From: Leptolyngbyaceae cyanobacterium
Lineage (GTDB): Bacteria; Cyanobacteriota; Cyanobacteriia; Phormidesmidales; Phormidesmidaceae
Direction: 5' to 3'
Assembly (NCBI GenBank): GCA_965263355.1
Contig: CBDHHL010000039.1
Coordinates: 1 to 64,000, forward strand
DNA length: 64,000 bases
The translations under genes and the position numbers were made by a program. Positions within the stretch are counted from its first letter, which is position 1, and every line of letters starts with the position of its first letter. This document shows, piece after piece, positions 10,305 through 20,352 of this stretch. The notes beneath the pieces were generated by a model. That model saw only the letters and a list, made by a program, of their open reading frames with translations. It made no database searches and was not told the origin of the DNA.

Positions 10305-11653
10305 TAAATCGCGCCCCTAGCTTTTCCTTTACCAAATTGTGTGTGTCTCTTTCTAATCAAGGGTTCTAGCCCATAGCGTACGGAGTCTAGAACATGATTA
10401 TCCTTATCCACGATTTGAGCTAAAACATCCCCACCCTTATTTTCTTTATAACGATATCGTTTAAGCTCCGTTTGAGTATTAACACAATTAGGATGCACTA
10501 AAATTTCAAAGCTTCTTAGCCAGTCGATCCCATCTTCCACACAGTTTGGCCATTTACTGCAAGGCCTCAAATTTGGGAATCCATGCCGTCTTAAATAGCT
10601 TATACTCTCAGGTCGCGCATTATCAGCCCTACAAATGGCTTTCTCCATACCAGGAATATCTTTAAGCCATCTATTAGCAATCTTGTCTGTCTCTAATCGA
10701 TAAGCATAGCTCTCGCGGCTAATGTATACTTGCTGGCCACTAACCCATATCTCAACAGCAGCAGTCGGGTCATTAGCAAAACCCCAGTCTGCTCCATAAT
10801 ATGGCCCATCCCAAGTGGCTGTGTCAGTCTCTGCAATACGCCAGCGGCCCGCAAACACAACTGCATCAGACTTAACATTGTAGCCTCCAAGCCAGATCCA
10901 TTCATGCTTTTCTGGGTCTGCTATTCGGTCCCGTTCTTCATCGTCTTTACTGGTCTGAGTTAAAAATGGATTGTCCTTAAAACTGATGCCTTTGATAATC
11001 GAATTCTTTGGTAAATTCGGCCCTCTAAAAAAATAATCAACTGGGTCTGTCGGTTGATCCGGGTTCCATGAAAACCAAGTCTCAGCACCTTCACTTCTCA
11101 AGGTCGGGATAAGAAGATCTAACGAAAACTGATCAATCTCTGACGCTTCATCAACCCACGCAATACCAAAATTTTCAAAACCTTTAATCGATGATGCGTT
11201 ATGGTCCTGCATCCCGACAAAAGTGATAAATCCCCTCCCACCCTTCCGCTTGATTTGCGTTTGTTGCACATCAAAATAGTCACCCCAGCCAAGGTCAGTG
11301 ACTTTATTTTTTAACAGCAGCTGAGTTGAGTTTGTAAGCGTTACTCGATATTTACGAATACAAACACATTGCAAGTCAGGATCGCAAATCATCCTAGCCA
11401 ACATCAGCTCTGCAAATGTATGACTTTTCCCACAAGCTCTGCCCCCATATGCAGCCTTAAACCGTGCAGGCTCAAAGAAATCCAAGGCCCATTCTGGCGT
11501 TTTTGGTAGCAATTCTTGAGGCGTTTTTGGCAAAGCATCAGTTACATTAATCTGCTGAACCTCACGCTGCTGCTCTACATGCCTAGCCAATGCCTGCATG
11601 ATCGGAGTATTCGCAACTGCCCGCGACATAATACTCTTACTTTTTCGGGGCAT
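10304..11653 (-). CDS. terL: Terminase large subunit, PBSX family
   Basis: YGGRACGKS Walker A, AWVDEA Walker B, FSWNP, YGADWGF and DKDNHVLDSVRY nuclease motifs. Confidence 0.95.
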   Translation of the reverse strand: MPRKSKSIMSRAVANTPIMQALARHVEQQREVQQINVTDALPKTPQELLPKTPEWALDFFEPARFKAAYGGRACGKSHTFAELMLARMICDPDLQCVCIRKYRVTLTNSTQLLLKNKVTDLGWGDYFDVQQTQIKRKGGRGFITFVGMQDHNASSIKGFENFGIAWVDEASEIDQFSLDLLIPTLRSEGAETWFSWNPDQPTDPVDYFFRGPNLPKNSIIKGISFKDNPFLTQTSKDDEERDRIADPEKHEWIWLGGYNVKSDAVVFAGRWRIAETDTATWDGPYYGADWGFANDPTAAVEIWVSGQQVYISRESYAYRLETDKIANRWLKDIPGMEKAICRADNARPESISYLRRHGFPNLRPCSKWPNCVEDGIDWLRSFEILVHPNCVNTQTELKRYRYKENKGGDVLAQIVDKDNHVLDSVRYGLEPLIRKRHTQFGKGKARGAI

Positions 11654-12218
11654 TAATCCCCTCCAACTGCTCCTGCAACTCAGGAATGCCTAACGCTTTA
11701 TCCCACCAATCACTACTAATTTTCGTATATTTATCCACCACAATAGACAGTGATTGCGCTTCGCTAGCTGTCTTTATCTCTCGCTTTGGTGCCAATTTTT
11801 GCCCATTTTCATCTAATAAAAACCGGCCCTTCTCATCCCTTGGATGGTCGTAATCAGAAATAAATCGCCTCAGAACATTGGTGCCAGTAATAATCAAATT
11901 AAAGCCTGACTTACCACCATCTTCGTGAGCCTTGCGATATTCCTCAAGCTTTTTATTAAATAATTCTGTATCAGCCTGCTGTTGCGCCGCTATCTCTTCA
12001 TCAATATTGAATTTATCAAACGCCTTAAAGCGATCATCCCATGCCCAATCCCTAATCCAAGTTTTCCAGCTACCCGGCAAGCATGACGCATTAGGCTTAT
12101 CCCTAAAGTCGCGATAAACTTCTAGTATCTTTCGACGCTCACCACGCTCTAAGGCTGCCCTAAACGCCTCATATGCATTTGCCGGTTCCCCCGGTTGTCT
12201 ATGCCACAATTGGCCCAT
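11637..12218 (-). CDS. terS: Terminase small subunit
   Basis: Overlaps terL start; WHRQPGEPANAYEAF...W..W..DWAWDDR..AFD pattern typical of terS. Confidence 0.75.
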   Translation of the reverse strand: MGQLWHRQPGEPANAYEAFRAALERGERRKILEVYRDFRDKPNASCLPGSWKTWIRDWAWDDRFKAFDKFNIDEEIAAQQQADTELFNKKLEEYRKAHEDGGKSGFNLIITGTNVLRRFISDYDHPRDEKGRFLLDENGQKLAPKREIKTASEAQSLSIVVDKYTKISSDWWDKALGIPELQEQLEGINAPKK

Positions 12219-12282
12219 CTACAGCCCATCCTTAGCCCAACTGAAGCCCAGAACCCTTGATATTAGGCCCATCCAAGGCCCA
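12213..12282. repeat. Helically phased GCCCA repeats (candidate pac/TerS-binding region)
   Basis: GCCCA at 12213, 12224, 12235, 12246, 12267 and 12278. Confidence 0.6.
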
Positions 12283-12298
12283 TCTTAACAACTTTGCT

Positions 12299-12964
12299 AT
12301 GGAAAATCTAGAAAATCGCCTTACAATTCTGGACCTTGATCAAATCTTACCTCAGGAAAATAACGCCAACCAACACACCGACCGGGGTATGACCATGCTT
12401 GACAACTCTATCTCGCGGGATGGTTGGTCGGGTGCTGGTGAAATGGCTGCTAACAATCAGATTTATCACGGTTCTGCTAGGCGAGAAACACTGCCAGACT
12501 CAGGTAAGGCACTGGTTTTAGATCATGATGGCAGTATGCCGATTTATCTTAGGCGCACTGATATTCCTACTGCTGACGATGCCAAAGCAGTGAGGCTCGG
12601 AGTCGCACACAACCGAATTGCTGAAGTGAATCTTAGCTGGGAACCTACAGTATTGCTTGAAGCTAATAACACGGGACTGCTTGATATTGATGATTTTTGG
12701 TTGCCTACTGAGCAAGCCGTTTTATTAGACACAGGTGAAGAACCCACCGACAGCGATCGCGAACCTCAACAAAACCCTGAACCTCAACAAAACCCTGAAC
12801 CTCAGCAAATGCCCCCATTAGGCGATAGCGATAAAGTGCCGTTAGCGATCGTATTGACTCAGGATGAAGCGTTTGAATGGAATCAAGACAAAGAGCGGTT
12901 GGGATACGCTACGGATAGCAAAGCATTTAAGGAGATGTGGCGGCAGTGGAAAGACAATCACTAA
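12299..12964 (+). CDS. ParB/Srx-like domain protein
   Basis: Likely ATG 12299; NNANQH...LDNSI..DGW...IYHGSARRE and HNRIAEVNLSWE ParB-like pattern; EPQQNP tandem repeat (18 bp, 12761-12810). Confidence 0.65.
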   Translation: MENLENRLTILDLDQILPQENNANQHTDRGMTMLDNSISRDGWSGAGEMAANNQIYHGSARRETLPDSGKALVLDHDGSMPIYLRRTDIPTADDAKAVRLGVAHNRIAEVNLSWEPTVLLEANNTGLLDIDDFWLPTEQAVLLDTGEEPTDSDREPQQNPEPQQNPEPQQMPPLGDSDKVPLAIVLTQDEAFEWNQDKERLGYATDSKAFKEMWRQWKDNH

Positions 12965-14220
12965 CCACATACTATGGAGGTTTTTTACTAAACGCCCCAT
13001 GCCCGCTAGAGCTAAGTCTAAATGTGTGCAGTCACCATTGCCCATTCTGCTTTGCCAACCTAAACAAACCCGATCGCGTCGCTAACACTAGCCAGATATT
13101 CGGTCTACTCAAAAATGCTTTTTCCCCTGGCAAACTAACCCTAGAAAAACATTTACTGAGGTCTGGATACCCGATCCAATTTAGTAATCACATAGACCCG
13201 TTTGCAGGCAATAACTATGAGCTAAGCCTACGAACCTTAGAGACATTATCAGAATTAGATGTCCCCTGTTCCCTTCAAACTAAAGGGGGCCATGGCCTGC
13301 TCAAAAAGCCAAGCAAATATCACTGCTCAGCGCTAGACCTGATTAAGCCCACGGTCTTTTATGTGAGCTTAGAGACGCTAGACGATGACATCGGCAAGAA
13401 AGTATCTGCCCCTGGTGCGCCTAGGCCATCGTTACGGCTAGAGATGATTAAAACACTAATCGCCCACGGCCATCGTGTTTGTGTTGGCGTTAATCCAGTC
13501 GTGCCTCAATGGTTGCCTGATCCTGAATTGATGGTCACAACATTGCATCGCATCGGTGTTGAGGGCATGTGGATTCAGCCCTTACACTTAAGCCACAAGC
13601 AAATTGCAAAAATGTCTGTAGCTGACAAAAAGCGGTTGGGCGAAGAGATCCTTGATATGGCGCTGCCAAGGAATCATAAAAATTATCCTGCGATCGCTGA
13701 GACGTTATCAGCACTTAGAGCCAAAGCCGACGAGATTGGATTGGCTGTTTACGATAATCAGCAGCCGCAACGAACAGAGTACTTTAAGCCTTATATAGAA
13801 ACTTATCCCACTCGATATCCAATGATGCAGGAGTTCGTTAATTGGTGCCATGATTTCCATGAACCTGGTGATCTTATTTATTTTGAGGCTTGGTTAGACC
13901 TGATGCTGCCTAGCCTTCCTGAGGGTGTATGGCCGATTGGGCAACATATTGGTGCCGTGGCTGGCCCTGGATTTTGGTCTAAGACTCGCGACTTGGGAAT
14001 CACTAATCAAATGACGTATCAAGAATTGTTAGGCTTAATATGGGATTGGTTAGATTCTGTCCTGTGCCCTGCTAATGTTGGCTGTTTCCAGTGGGCTGGC
14101 GATTATGAACGGCAGTCTGACGGGACTGTAGGCTGGTCTCGTTGGACGGATAAAGAAGGGCATCCTATATTAGTGTTTAATCCTGAGGCAAACGGATTAT
14201 GGAGCCAGCAATATTTATAA
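12937..14220 (+). CDS. Radical SAM protein, SPL-like
   Basis: CSHHCPFCFA (CxxxCxxC), SNHIDPF, LQTKGG, PGAPRPSLRL, VNPVVP motifs. Confidence 0.85.
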   Translation: MAAVERQSLTTYYGGFLLNAPCPLELSLNVCSHHCPFCFANLNKPDRVANTSQIFGLLKNAFSPGKLTLEKHLLRSGYPIQFSNHIDPFAGNNYELSLRTLETLSELDVPCSLQTKGGHGLLKKPSKYHCSALDLIKPTVFYVSLETLDDDIGKKVSAPGAPRPSLRLEMIKTLIAHGHRVCVGVNPVVPQWLPDPELMVTTLHRIGVEGMWIQPLHLSHKQIAKMSVADKKRLGEEILDMALPRNHKNYPAIAETLSALRAKADEIGLAVYDNQQPQRTEYFKPYIETYPTRYPMMQEFVNWCHDFHEPGDLIYFEAWLDLMLPSLPEGVWPIGQHIGAVAGPGFWSKTRDLGITNQMTYQELLGLIWDWLDSVLCPANVGCFQWAGDYERQSDGTVGWSRWTDKEGHPILVFNPEANGLWSQQYL

Positions 14221-14780
14221 TTCAAATTGGCAATGGCGGTTCTGCCGTAAAGGCCGGAAATCATAGCAGTCAGAAAGTTACTGGTAGTGGCTCCGGTAGT
14301 GGTGGCATTTCTGACTCAACTTTCTTAGCTGCTGAATCCGAAAAAAAACTAGAACCAATTGCCGCCAATGCAGAAATAACCCTAACCTCTGCTCTCCCCA
14401 ACGATGCAGCCGCAACAGCCATGAGTGAGATAGTCTCAGCTCAAAACTTGCGTGTATTTGACAACGACGGCACCATGGCCCGCATGGATTGGAACTCTAG
14501 CTATGCCAAGCCAACGCGATCGCAAATGGTCGATACATCCGGCGGTGGATTTTTGGCTACTCTGACCTTCGCTAACAACCTTAAAAATGATATTGCCCGT
14601 GGTCGTGGAGAAAGTATCGGATCTCTATCTGTAGCAACTGCTAAGCAAGCTTATGAGGTCGATAAGTACAAGTTAAATAAAATGTGGTCAGGAGCTAGCA
14701 ATGCTGACCGCGCAGCAGCGCTCAAGGCTAGTTCCAGCACACCTAAGCAGTTAAGAGAGCTAGGTCTCAATATCCGATGA
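14199..14780 (+). CDS. Hypothetical protein with IFxxQxGNG leader and Gly/Ser linker
   Basis: Overlaps radical SAM stop; starts MEPAIFIIQIGNGGS. Confidence 0.65.
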   Translation: MEPAIFIIQIGNGGSAVKAGNHSSQKVTGSGSGSGGISDSTFLAAESEKKLEPIAANAEITLTSALPNDAAATAMSEIVSAQNLRVFDNDGTMARMDWNSSYAKPTRSQMVDTSGGGFLATLTFANNLKNDIARGRGESIGSLSVATAKQAYEVDKYKLNKMWSGASNADRAAALKASSSTPKQLRELGLNIR

Positions 14781-15211
14781 ATTTAATATTTGTAAGTCAA
14801 GCTGGCAATGGCGCAGTTTACAAAGAGAAAAAAGCTGCTCAAGCTGCAGCTAGAGATAAAGTTGCTGGTGGTAGTGCAACCTCATTAGATTCTGTCAATT
14901 GGGCATCCCCTGACATTGGGGGGAATGCCTCAGAATTAGAAACCGTAAATGTAAATAAAGTGTGGCAAGATTTTCAACGCAACGGCTTGACCGACACATC
15001 AAAGGCTCGCGTTGAAACACAAAAACGCCTGATCCGCGAATCGCAAGAATCAGGAAAAGCATTTAGATCTCCAGATTTATCGTTTGTCTCTCAGTCTGTA
15101 GCTAAGTCAACAGGACTGAACCCTGGCTTTGATGTAATCGACGGCAGACATCGCCTAACCGCTTTCCGTGAACTCGGCTTTACTAAGATAAAGGCGCGAG
15201 TAGAAAGATGA
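14777..15211 (+). CDS. IFxxQxGNG-leader protein with C-terminal ParB/Srx domain
   Basis: Starts MNLIFVSQAGNG; ends VIDGRHRLTAFRELG. Confidence 0.7.
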   Translation: MNLIFVSQAGNGAVYKEKKAAQAAARDKVAGGSATSLDSVNWASPDIGGNASELETVNVNKVWQDFQRNGLTDTSKARVETQKRLIRESQESGKAFRSPDLSFVSQSVAKSTGLNPGFDVIDGRHRLTAFRELGFTKIKARVER

Positions 15212-15231
15212 AAAAAGGGGCCGAAGCCCCT
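15211..15231 (-). terminator. Intrinsic terminator
   Basis: AGGGGC-CGAA-GCCCCT with flanking A-run (U-run on minus strand), between convergent genes. Confidence 0.75.
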
Positions 15232-15240
15232 AGCGTTAGT

Positions 15241-15576
15241 TTATTGGAATGGGTCGTGAGCGACAGCCGCTGGTCTCATTATCTGTTCTACTTGGTTAGA
15301 GCTTAGCTTATAGTTCTCTAATTGCCAGTCGGCCAGGGCAGCTTGATATGTGTTGGTATCGTTGTCAGAGTCGCAAACCGTAGCCTGCAATTCCACTCTG
15401 ATTCGCTCAGGATTGAAAGTCAGTTGCTCCAGCATCGCCCAAAGATATTCGCGCTGGTCTGCGTCCAGGCTTGCGTTGCTGATGTGCTGAGCCATTAGAT
15501 GAATGCTTTCCTTTGTAGGTTGTGCGCCGGACTGAATTGCGTTGCTCAAGATGTTTAAGAGATTATCGAAGTTCAT
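15241..15576 (-). CDS. Hypothetical early protein
   Basis: ATG 15576 with GAGG RBS, downstream of a repeated promoter. Confidence 0.65.
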   Translation of the reverse strand: MNFDNLLNILSNAIQSGAQPTKESIHLMAQHISNASLDADQREYLWAMLEQLTFNPERIRVELQATVCDSDNDTNTYQAALADWQLENYKLSSNQVEQIMRPAAVAHDPFQ

Positions 15577-15595
15577 TTTTGCTTGCCTCAATCGG

Positions 15596-15649
15596 TGTTA
15601 CTAACAGTATTGCTTTTTTTTATTTCATCTGTCAAGTCTTTTCTTGACA
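15596..15649 (-). promoter_or_regulatory. Operator-promoter repeat copy 1 (TGTCAA-N8-TTGACA overlapping -35)
   Basis: 54-bp direct repeat of 15968-16020, differing only by one T in the T-tract. Confidence 0.75.
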
Positions 15650-15952
15650 AATTAAATCAAATTGCTGTTCAGTCAATTTCTTGTAGTCCTTCCGGACGGT
15701 GATGCAATAATCAATCACTTCAGCGTAGAACAACCAGGTCTCCTGACTCTCACCGTCAAAAGTGCCGTCTGGTTCTTCACCATCCAGGCTTACCCAGCAA
15801 TCGCGAGCATTGCCCTTGAACTCTGCCGACTCCTTACGGAGATTACCAAGAGTCCAGCACTGAGGGTCCATATACTCAACGACCCAATCAAGCGAAGCTT
15901 GGTAGTTGGTCAGTGCCGCCAGTTGTTCGTTAGTGATTGGTTGCTTTGCCAT
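15632..15952 (-). CDS. Hypothetical early protein
   Basis: Likely ATG 15952 (MAKQPIT) with AGGA RBS; bracketed by the 54-bp repeats. Confidence 0.65.
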   Translation of the reverse strand: MAKQPITNEQLAALTNYQASLDWVVEYMDPQCWTLGNLRKESAEFKGNARDCWVSLDGEEPDGTFDGESQETWLFYAEVIDYCITVRKDYKKLTEQQFDLICQEKT

Positions 15953-15967
15953 GGGTCTTTCCTGTTC

Positions 15968-16020
15968 TGTTACTAACAGTATTGCTTTTTTTATTTCATC
16001 TGTCAAGTCTTTTCTTGACA
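15968..16020 (-). promoter_or_regulatory. Operator-promoter repeat copy 2
   Basis: Near-identical to 15596-15649. Confidence 0.75.
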
Positions 16021-16131
16021 TTTTCTGAGGCAGCTTGATTATGGCTTAGAGTGCGATCTCACTCACTAGCCAAGGCATAACATCGCGAAAGCTACCGGCA
16101 AACCCAAGGCTAAACTCACGAACTGGCACAC

Positions 16132-16930
16132 TCTCCCCCTTCCCCCTTCACAAACAGAACGAGGGCTAAAAACGAACGTCCGTAATTGACTACCCCTAAT
16201 TCGAGTAATCAAGTTCAGTTTATTCACAAAAAAAATCAAGAAATACATTGTAAATGCACAAACTAGAATCGCTGTATCCCTTGATATATAAGGGATAGGC
16301 CGAAAAAGGGCTTTTTTGGGCTCTGAAAACTATTTTTTACTTTGAAAATCTGGCCTAAAAATCTTTATATGCACTGTGCCACTTTTTTTATAATCATCCC
16401 TTTTTACTCTCCATTTTTTTCTAAAACAGAAAGTTTGAAATTGAAAAATATAGAATATTAAGACATAGAAAACGCTGCAATGTATATATAGCAAGGGATA
16501 CAGCCGATAAAAAGCGCTTGAAATAACTATGAAATAACTGCTGAAAAGCAGGGGATTAGTAGGGGAAACCCAGTGATTTTTTGAATGACTTTTATTCACC
16601 ACTAACGAGTTTTCAGTACTTTCAGCGCTTTGCCTATTTTGTATCAGATTATACCGTTTGAAAAAAATAGTGTGCCAGCCCTATGTCCGTAAGTTGGATT
16701 CTGTAACACCCATGATACAAACGATATGTACATCAATGTACATGCCTGAGTCTAGGACTTATCAAAATAAGAATCCTTTATTGGCGGTACTTTTAGCGTT
16801 TTGCCCCCTTCATTCTGTAACAACCATGATACAGTTTGCTAAAATTTGACAGATAGGCGCTTATATGCATTGAAATAACTGGCACACACCGCCCTTGCTC
16901 GTCGTTCTAGAAAGGGGGAAGGGGGAATCG
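16132..16930. repeat. Non-coding origin-like element A; core 16418-16587 is an inverted copy of 57429-57598
   Basis: About 13 mismatches in 170 bp by manual alignment; AT-rich; internal direct repeats ATTCTGTAACAmCCATGATACA; inverted TCCCCCTTCCCCCTT ends. Confidence 0.8.
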
Positions 16931-16951
16931 GCCAAAAAAATGGCCACTAAA

Positions 16952-16981
16952 AAACCGCCAAGTTTTTAGACTTGACGGTTT
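16952..16981 (-). terminator. Intrinsic terminator (related copy at 17634-17663)
   Basis: AAACCGCCAAG-loop-CTTGACGGTTT hairpin. Confidence 0.6.
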
Positions 16982-17001
16982 GGGATTGATTCAGTTGGTT
17001 T

Positions 17002-17178
17002 TTAGGGAGACAGATAGGCCGAGAGCAAGTTATTTATGAGCTGACTAAGGCTTAATCCCAGCTCAGTAGCCTTATTGCTTGCCCTAGCCTTGATTCCAGG
17101 GTCTAACATGACGTTGGTCCGGACTCTGCGTTTGTCCCCTAGTGGCTTAGCGCCTGCGTTGCGTGGATTGCTTTTCAT
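17002..17178 (-). CDS. Ribbon-helix-helix (CopG/Arc-like) regulator, 58 aa
   Basis: Manual translation MKSNPRNAGAKPLGDKRRVRTNVMLDPGIKARASNKATELGLSLSQLINNLLSAYLSP; GGAGG RBS; below ORF-track cutoff. Confidence 0.7.
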   Translation of the reverse strand: MKSNPRNAGAKPLGDKRRVRTNVMLDPGIKARASNKATELGLSLSQLINNLLSAYLSP

Positions 17179-17181
17179 GCT

Positions 17182-17553
17182 TTACATACCTCCCTCAATT
17201 GCGTCCCAGTCATCAACCATCACCCATTGGCCTGTTGATGTCTGCATCATGCCAGCATGATCATTCTCAGTTGGCGCAAATTGACTGCAGAACGCCTCGA
17301 GTAACGCTAGCGACACTTTTACAGTTTTCTTTGTGCCACCGTACCAACCTTCGCTGGTTTCGATAACGTTACCACCAGCGTCTAATGCAAGCTGGCTGTG
17401 TCCTGTGTTGGAAAAGCGAGCAATAGCATGGCGAATATTCTCTGTGGTAAGAACCACTTGGCAATAATCGCCAGATTGGAATTCAATCCCATCCCTAGAG
17501 TATTCAACCCCTGTCGAGGTTTCTCTTATGTAAAAGCTTTTTTCAGTGTTCAT
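17182..17553 (-). CDS. Hypothetical protein co-transcribed with the RHH gene
   Basis: 123 aa; upstream palindrome ACACAC-N10-GTGTGT near 17588-17609. Confidence 0.6.
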   Translation of the reverse strand: MNTEKSFYIRETSTGVEYSRDGIEFQSGDYCQVVLTTENIRHAIARFSNTGHSQLALDAGGNVIETSEGWYGGTKKTVKVSLALLEAFCSQFAPTENDHAGMMQTSTGQWVMVDDWDAIEGGM

Positions 17554-17791
17554 GACCTTAGCCGCTCAACTACTTTTTTAATTTAGCACACACCTAATTA
17601 ATTGTGTGTGTATATATGTATGGATAAAAAGACAAACCGCCAAGCTTTTAGGCCCGACGGTTTTTGAGGTTTTTCATGATGAAAAGATTCCCTGGTTTGA
17701 CTTATACGGTCGACGGCGCTTACCTAGCTGGCTTTCGTGTTTTTTTGCCTTGCGATCGCGATACTAGCAGGGCATCTTTGGTTTATCCTCA

Positions 17792-19476
17792 TTACTCATA
17801 ACTCCATCCATGCTTTGGCGTTGAGCGATCGCGGCATTCCCATAGGGTAAACTCATGCCCTGCGTATCGCGTACCCAGTTGGTTGGCACTGAAATTAAGA
17901 TGCCAGCAACTAGGAATGCCGTGCTCGCTTACTGGATTGTTGAAAGTGCTATCGCCTGAAAATTTTACTCGTCTGTCAGAGTAGTTGGCTGGGTCGTCTA
18001 GGCTTGCCATTCGCAAGGTGATTATTTGCCCTTGGCGCAAGATACTAAGGTGTAGTTGTTTCATTGTTCATTTGTTCCATAACTATATGTGGTTGCCCAG
18101 CGGTCGCGATCGCTCTTTCAGGAATCTCAGGGTCGACCACAATGGGTATGCTCTCAAAGGATTGCAGCTCGATATCTTCGATAGTGCAATTAACCGAGCC
18201 AGCCACCTCCAATCTGAGGGCTGAATAAGTTCGATAGCCTAAGATTAGTTGCTTAGGATATTCATGCTGGGTAGATGCGTATGCTTGAATTGCCCTTGTG
18301 ATTTCGGGTGGGATCGCCATCAGTAGTTACAGCTTAAAAACTTTTCTTTCCCTGTAGTTGTCGTGTAGACCAGCTTAAAGAAACTGCCTGTGTTAACAAA
18401 CTCATCAATAACGCTACCAGGGATTTGCTCCACTTCTTTCCTTTGATCTTCAGTTAAATCAATGCCACCGATGGAGATGACTGAACCGCCATTAACGTAC
18501 AAAATGAGTGTTTGCTCGACAATAACCGCATCTATGATCATGACTCCTGTGCTTTTATCTTCCATGACTGAATCCATTGATGTAAATTTCTTCAATTAAC
18601 GGGAACGCCAGTAGACCGTCCCTAACAACAGCTTGCATGGCAACATTTAGCCATGCCTCTTGATCGATTGACTCATGCTTTTGCTCGTCCACCAGCGCTG
18701 TAAGCAGCCCAGTGAACTGATAAGCAAGAGCCTCAGGCATTTCAATCTGAAATTCTGCGGCCAGAGCCTTCACGTTCTCACCAGCCTCACTAGATGGGAA
18801 CTTGAAAGAATAAGTTATTTCATCCATGGTCCAAAAGCTCCTGAGTTTCCTTTTCTAAGCGAGCTACAAAATCTTCTGGGCTTAAACACGCTCCTCCTTC
18901 CCCGTATCGATTGCCCGAAATCATGTCCTCAAAGGAAGCATCCAGCATTGAAGATGTGCCTTTGAGATCGGCACGGTTGAGTCTATCCTGTAGACTCCAT
19001 ATGGCGTCTTTGCCGTACTCTTCAAGATAGAATTCTTTGAATTCTTCCAGGCTCATGAGTATAGTTGCAGGTGCGTCCGTAACTTCTGAATACTCAAAAT
19101 ATTTATCTTCTATTTTGCCAATATGTCGAGACATTTTCTCTCCTTAATGTTCTTCTTTCTTTTCTTGACTAGCTGCGATCTCCCATTTCAGTCATTTATT
19201 CCCGTCAGCATCTTTAACACCCAGCGACTGATCAATCCCATGCATATGAGTTTTTAGAAAATCAAGCAAAGCATCCATAGCAGTGGGACAGCAATCAGAC
19301 TCCTGTTCGAAACAGTGATACGTCCATGACCATCCAACCTCATGGCTAGGTTGTCGGATGTCTAAATCGGGAATAGCTTGAGAAATTCGTTTTACTAGCC
19401 ACTCGTTTTGATTAGCTAGTAATTTTTCTCTGTAAATCTCTTTTAACATTGTCAGCTCTTCTTCTTGAGTAGTCAC
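17792..19476 (-). CDS. Cluster of six small hypothetical early genes (17792-18064, 18045-18320, 18320-18595, 18555-18827, 18820-19134, 19192-19476)
   Basis: Co-oriented, mostly overlapping ORFs of 90-104 aa with RBS-like sites. Confidence 0.6.
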
Positions 19477-19526
19477 TTAAACCACCTCCAAATATTCTTT
19501 TTCTTGACTAGCTGCGTCCAGGGCAA

Positions 19527-19796
19527 CTAGTCAACGTCGCTAGAGCCCTTTTCTGTCAAGCTTTTTATTGGCAATATGATTACCCCTGGACTATTATTGG
19601 ACTCTTTTTCGAGCATTTTTACATACTCCAATATAGAGCCAAGTTGAGCGTTAGGGAGTTTCTTCTCCCTCTCGTCAATTCCTTGTCTGTTCTTTAGCCC
19701 CAGTGCTCTAGCGGCTTGCGCCTTAACAGGGACTTCTGCCTCCCTCCACTCAATCAAAAGGTCTGGCAGCGCTTCGATAAACTCGCTTAATTTCAT
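19527..19796 (-). CDS. Cro/CI-like HTH repressor candidate
   Basis: ATG 19796; LLIEWRE...KAQAARALGL...QGIDEREK...AQLGSILEY pattern; divergent from the operator-bearing rightward promoter. Confidence 0.55.
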   Translation of the reverse strand: MKLSEFIEALPDLLIEWREAEVPVKAQAARALGLKNRQGIDEREKKLPNAQLGSILEYVKMLEKESNNSPGVIILPIKSLTEKGSSDVD

Positions 19797-19905
19797 GTCA
19801 AGTCTAGTATTTACATCTGGACTATAGCAAAGCAAAATTAATTTTGCAAATAGTCAATAAATTACTTGACACCTGAAAACAAAAAAGGCATACTTGTTAG
19901 TAACA
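19796..19905. promoter_or_regulatory. Divergent promoter/operator switch
   Basis: Rightward TTGACA(19866)-17-CATACT with AGTCAA-N8-TTGACA; leftward TTGCAA-17-TATAGT; operator variant TGTCAA-N8-TTTACA at 19796-19815. Confidence 0.7.
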
Positions 19906-19927
19906 AAGCGAAACGGAGTTACTTAAG

Positions 19928-20203
19928 ATGGACATTAAGTTCTTAGGGCATGAGTCAAAAACAGGCAAAAATCAAGTTTTGATCAACGATTTCAGGTTTG
20001 AATTTAAGCTAACTCCCAAAGGGGCTGCATCCTTCAAGGATCTAGATGGAATGTTCCCTGAGAAGAAAGGAAAAGTTGTAGCCAGAACATACAGATCTTT
20101 TAGAACCTTGCTAGGCATTCAGCCTGGTTCCCCTTTGGCGAATAGCTTAGTTACGTGTACATCGTGCGCAAGAATTCACTACCCTTGGATGTTTAGCAAT
20201 TAA
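19928..20203 (+). CDS. Hypothetical early protein
   Basis: GGAG RBS; own promoter and terminator. Confidence 0.65.
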   Translation: MDIKFLGHESKTGKNQVLINDFRFEFKLTPKGAASFKDLDGMFPEKKGKVVARTYRSFRTLLGIQPGSPLANSLVTCTSCARIHYPWMFSN

Positions 20204-20216
20204 GCGACACCATCTA

Positions 20217-20301
20217 AACCCCGCTAACCACAACACCCCGGTTAGCGGGGTTCTTTTTTGTCAATAAATTACTTGACATTTGAAAATGGATCTCTTAGTA
20301 T
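20217..20301 (+). promoter_or_regulatory. Terminator + operator + promoter cassette
   Basis: 13-bp stem AACCCCGCTAACC/GGTTAGCGGGGTT + U-tract, then TGTCAA-N8-TTGACA-17-TAGTAT. Confidence 0.8.
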
Positions 20302-20352
20302 TAAGACATGTCGGGCAACCGATTTGTTTTTCCTTTCGGAGGTTTTGAGTTT

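Noticed and set aside
16330..16602. ORF pair 16330-16602 (-) and 57351-57605 (+) with near-identical translations
   Set aside because: They arise from the non-coding AT-rich inverted repeat; starts and ends differ and composition is atypical.
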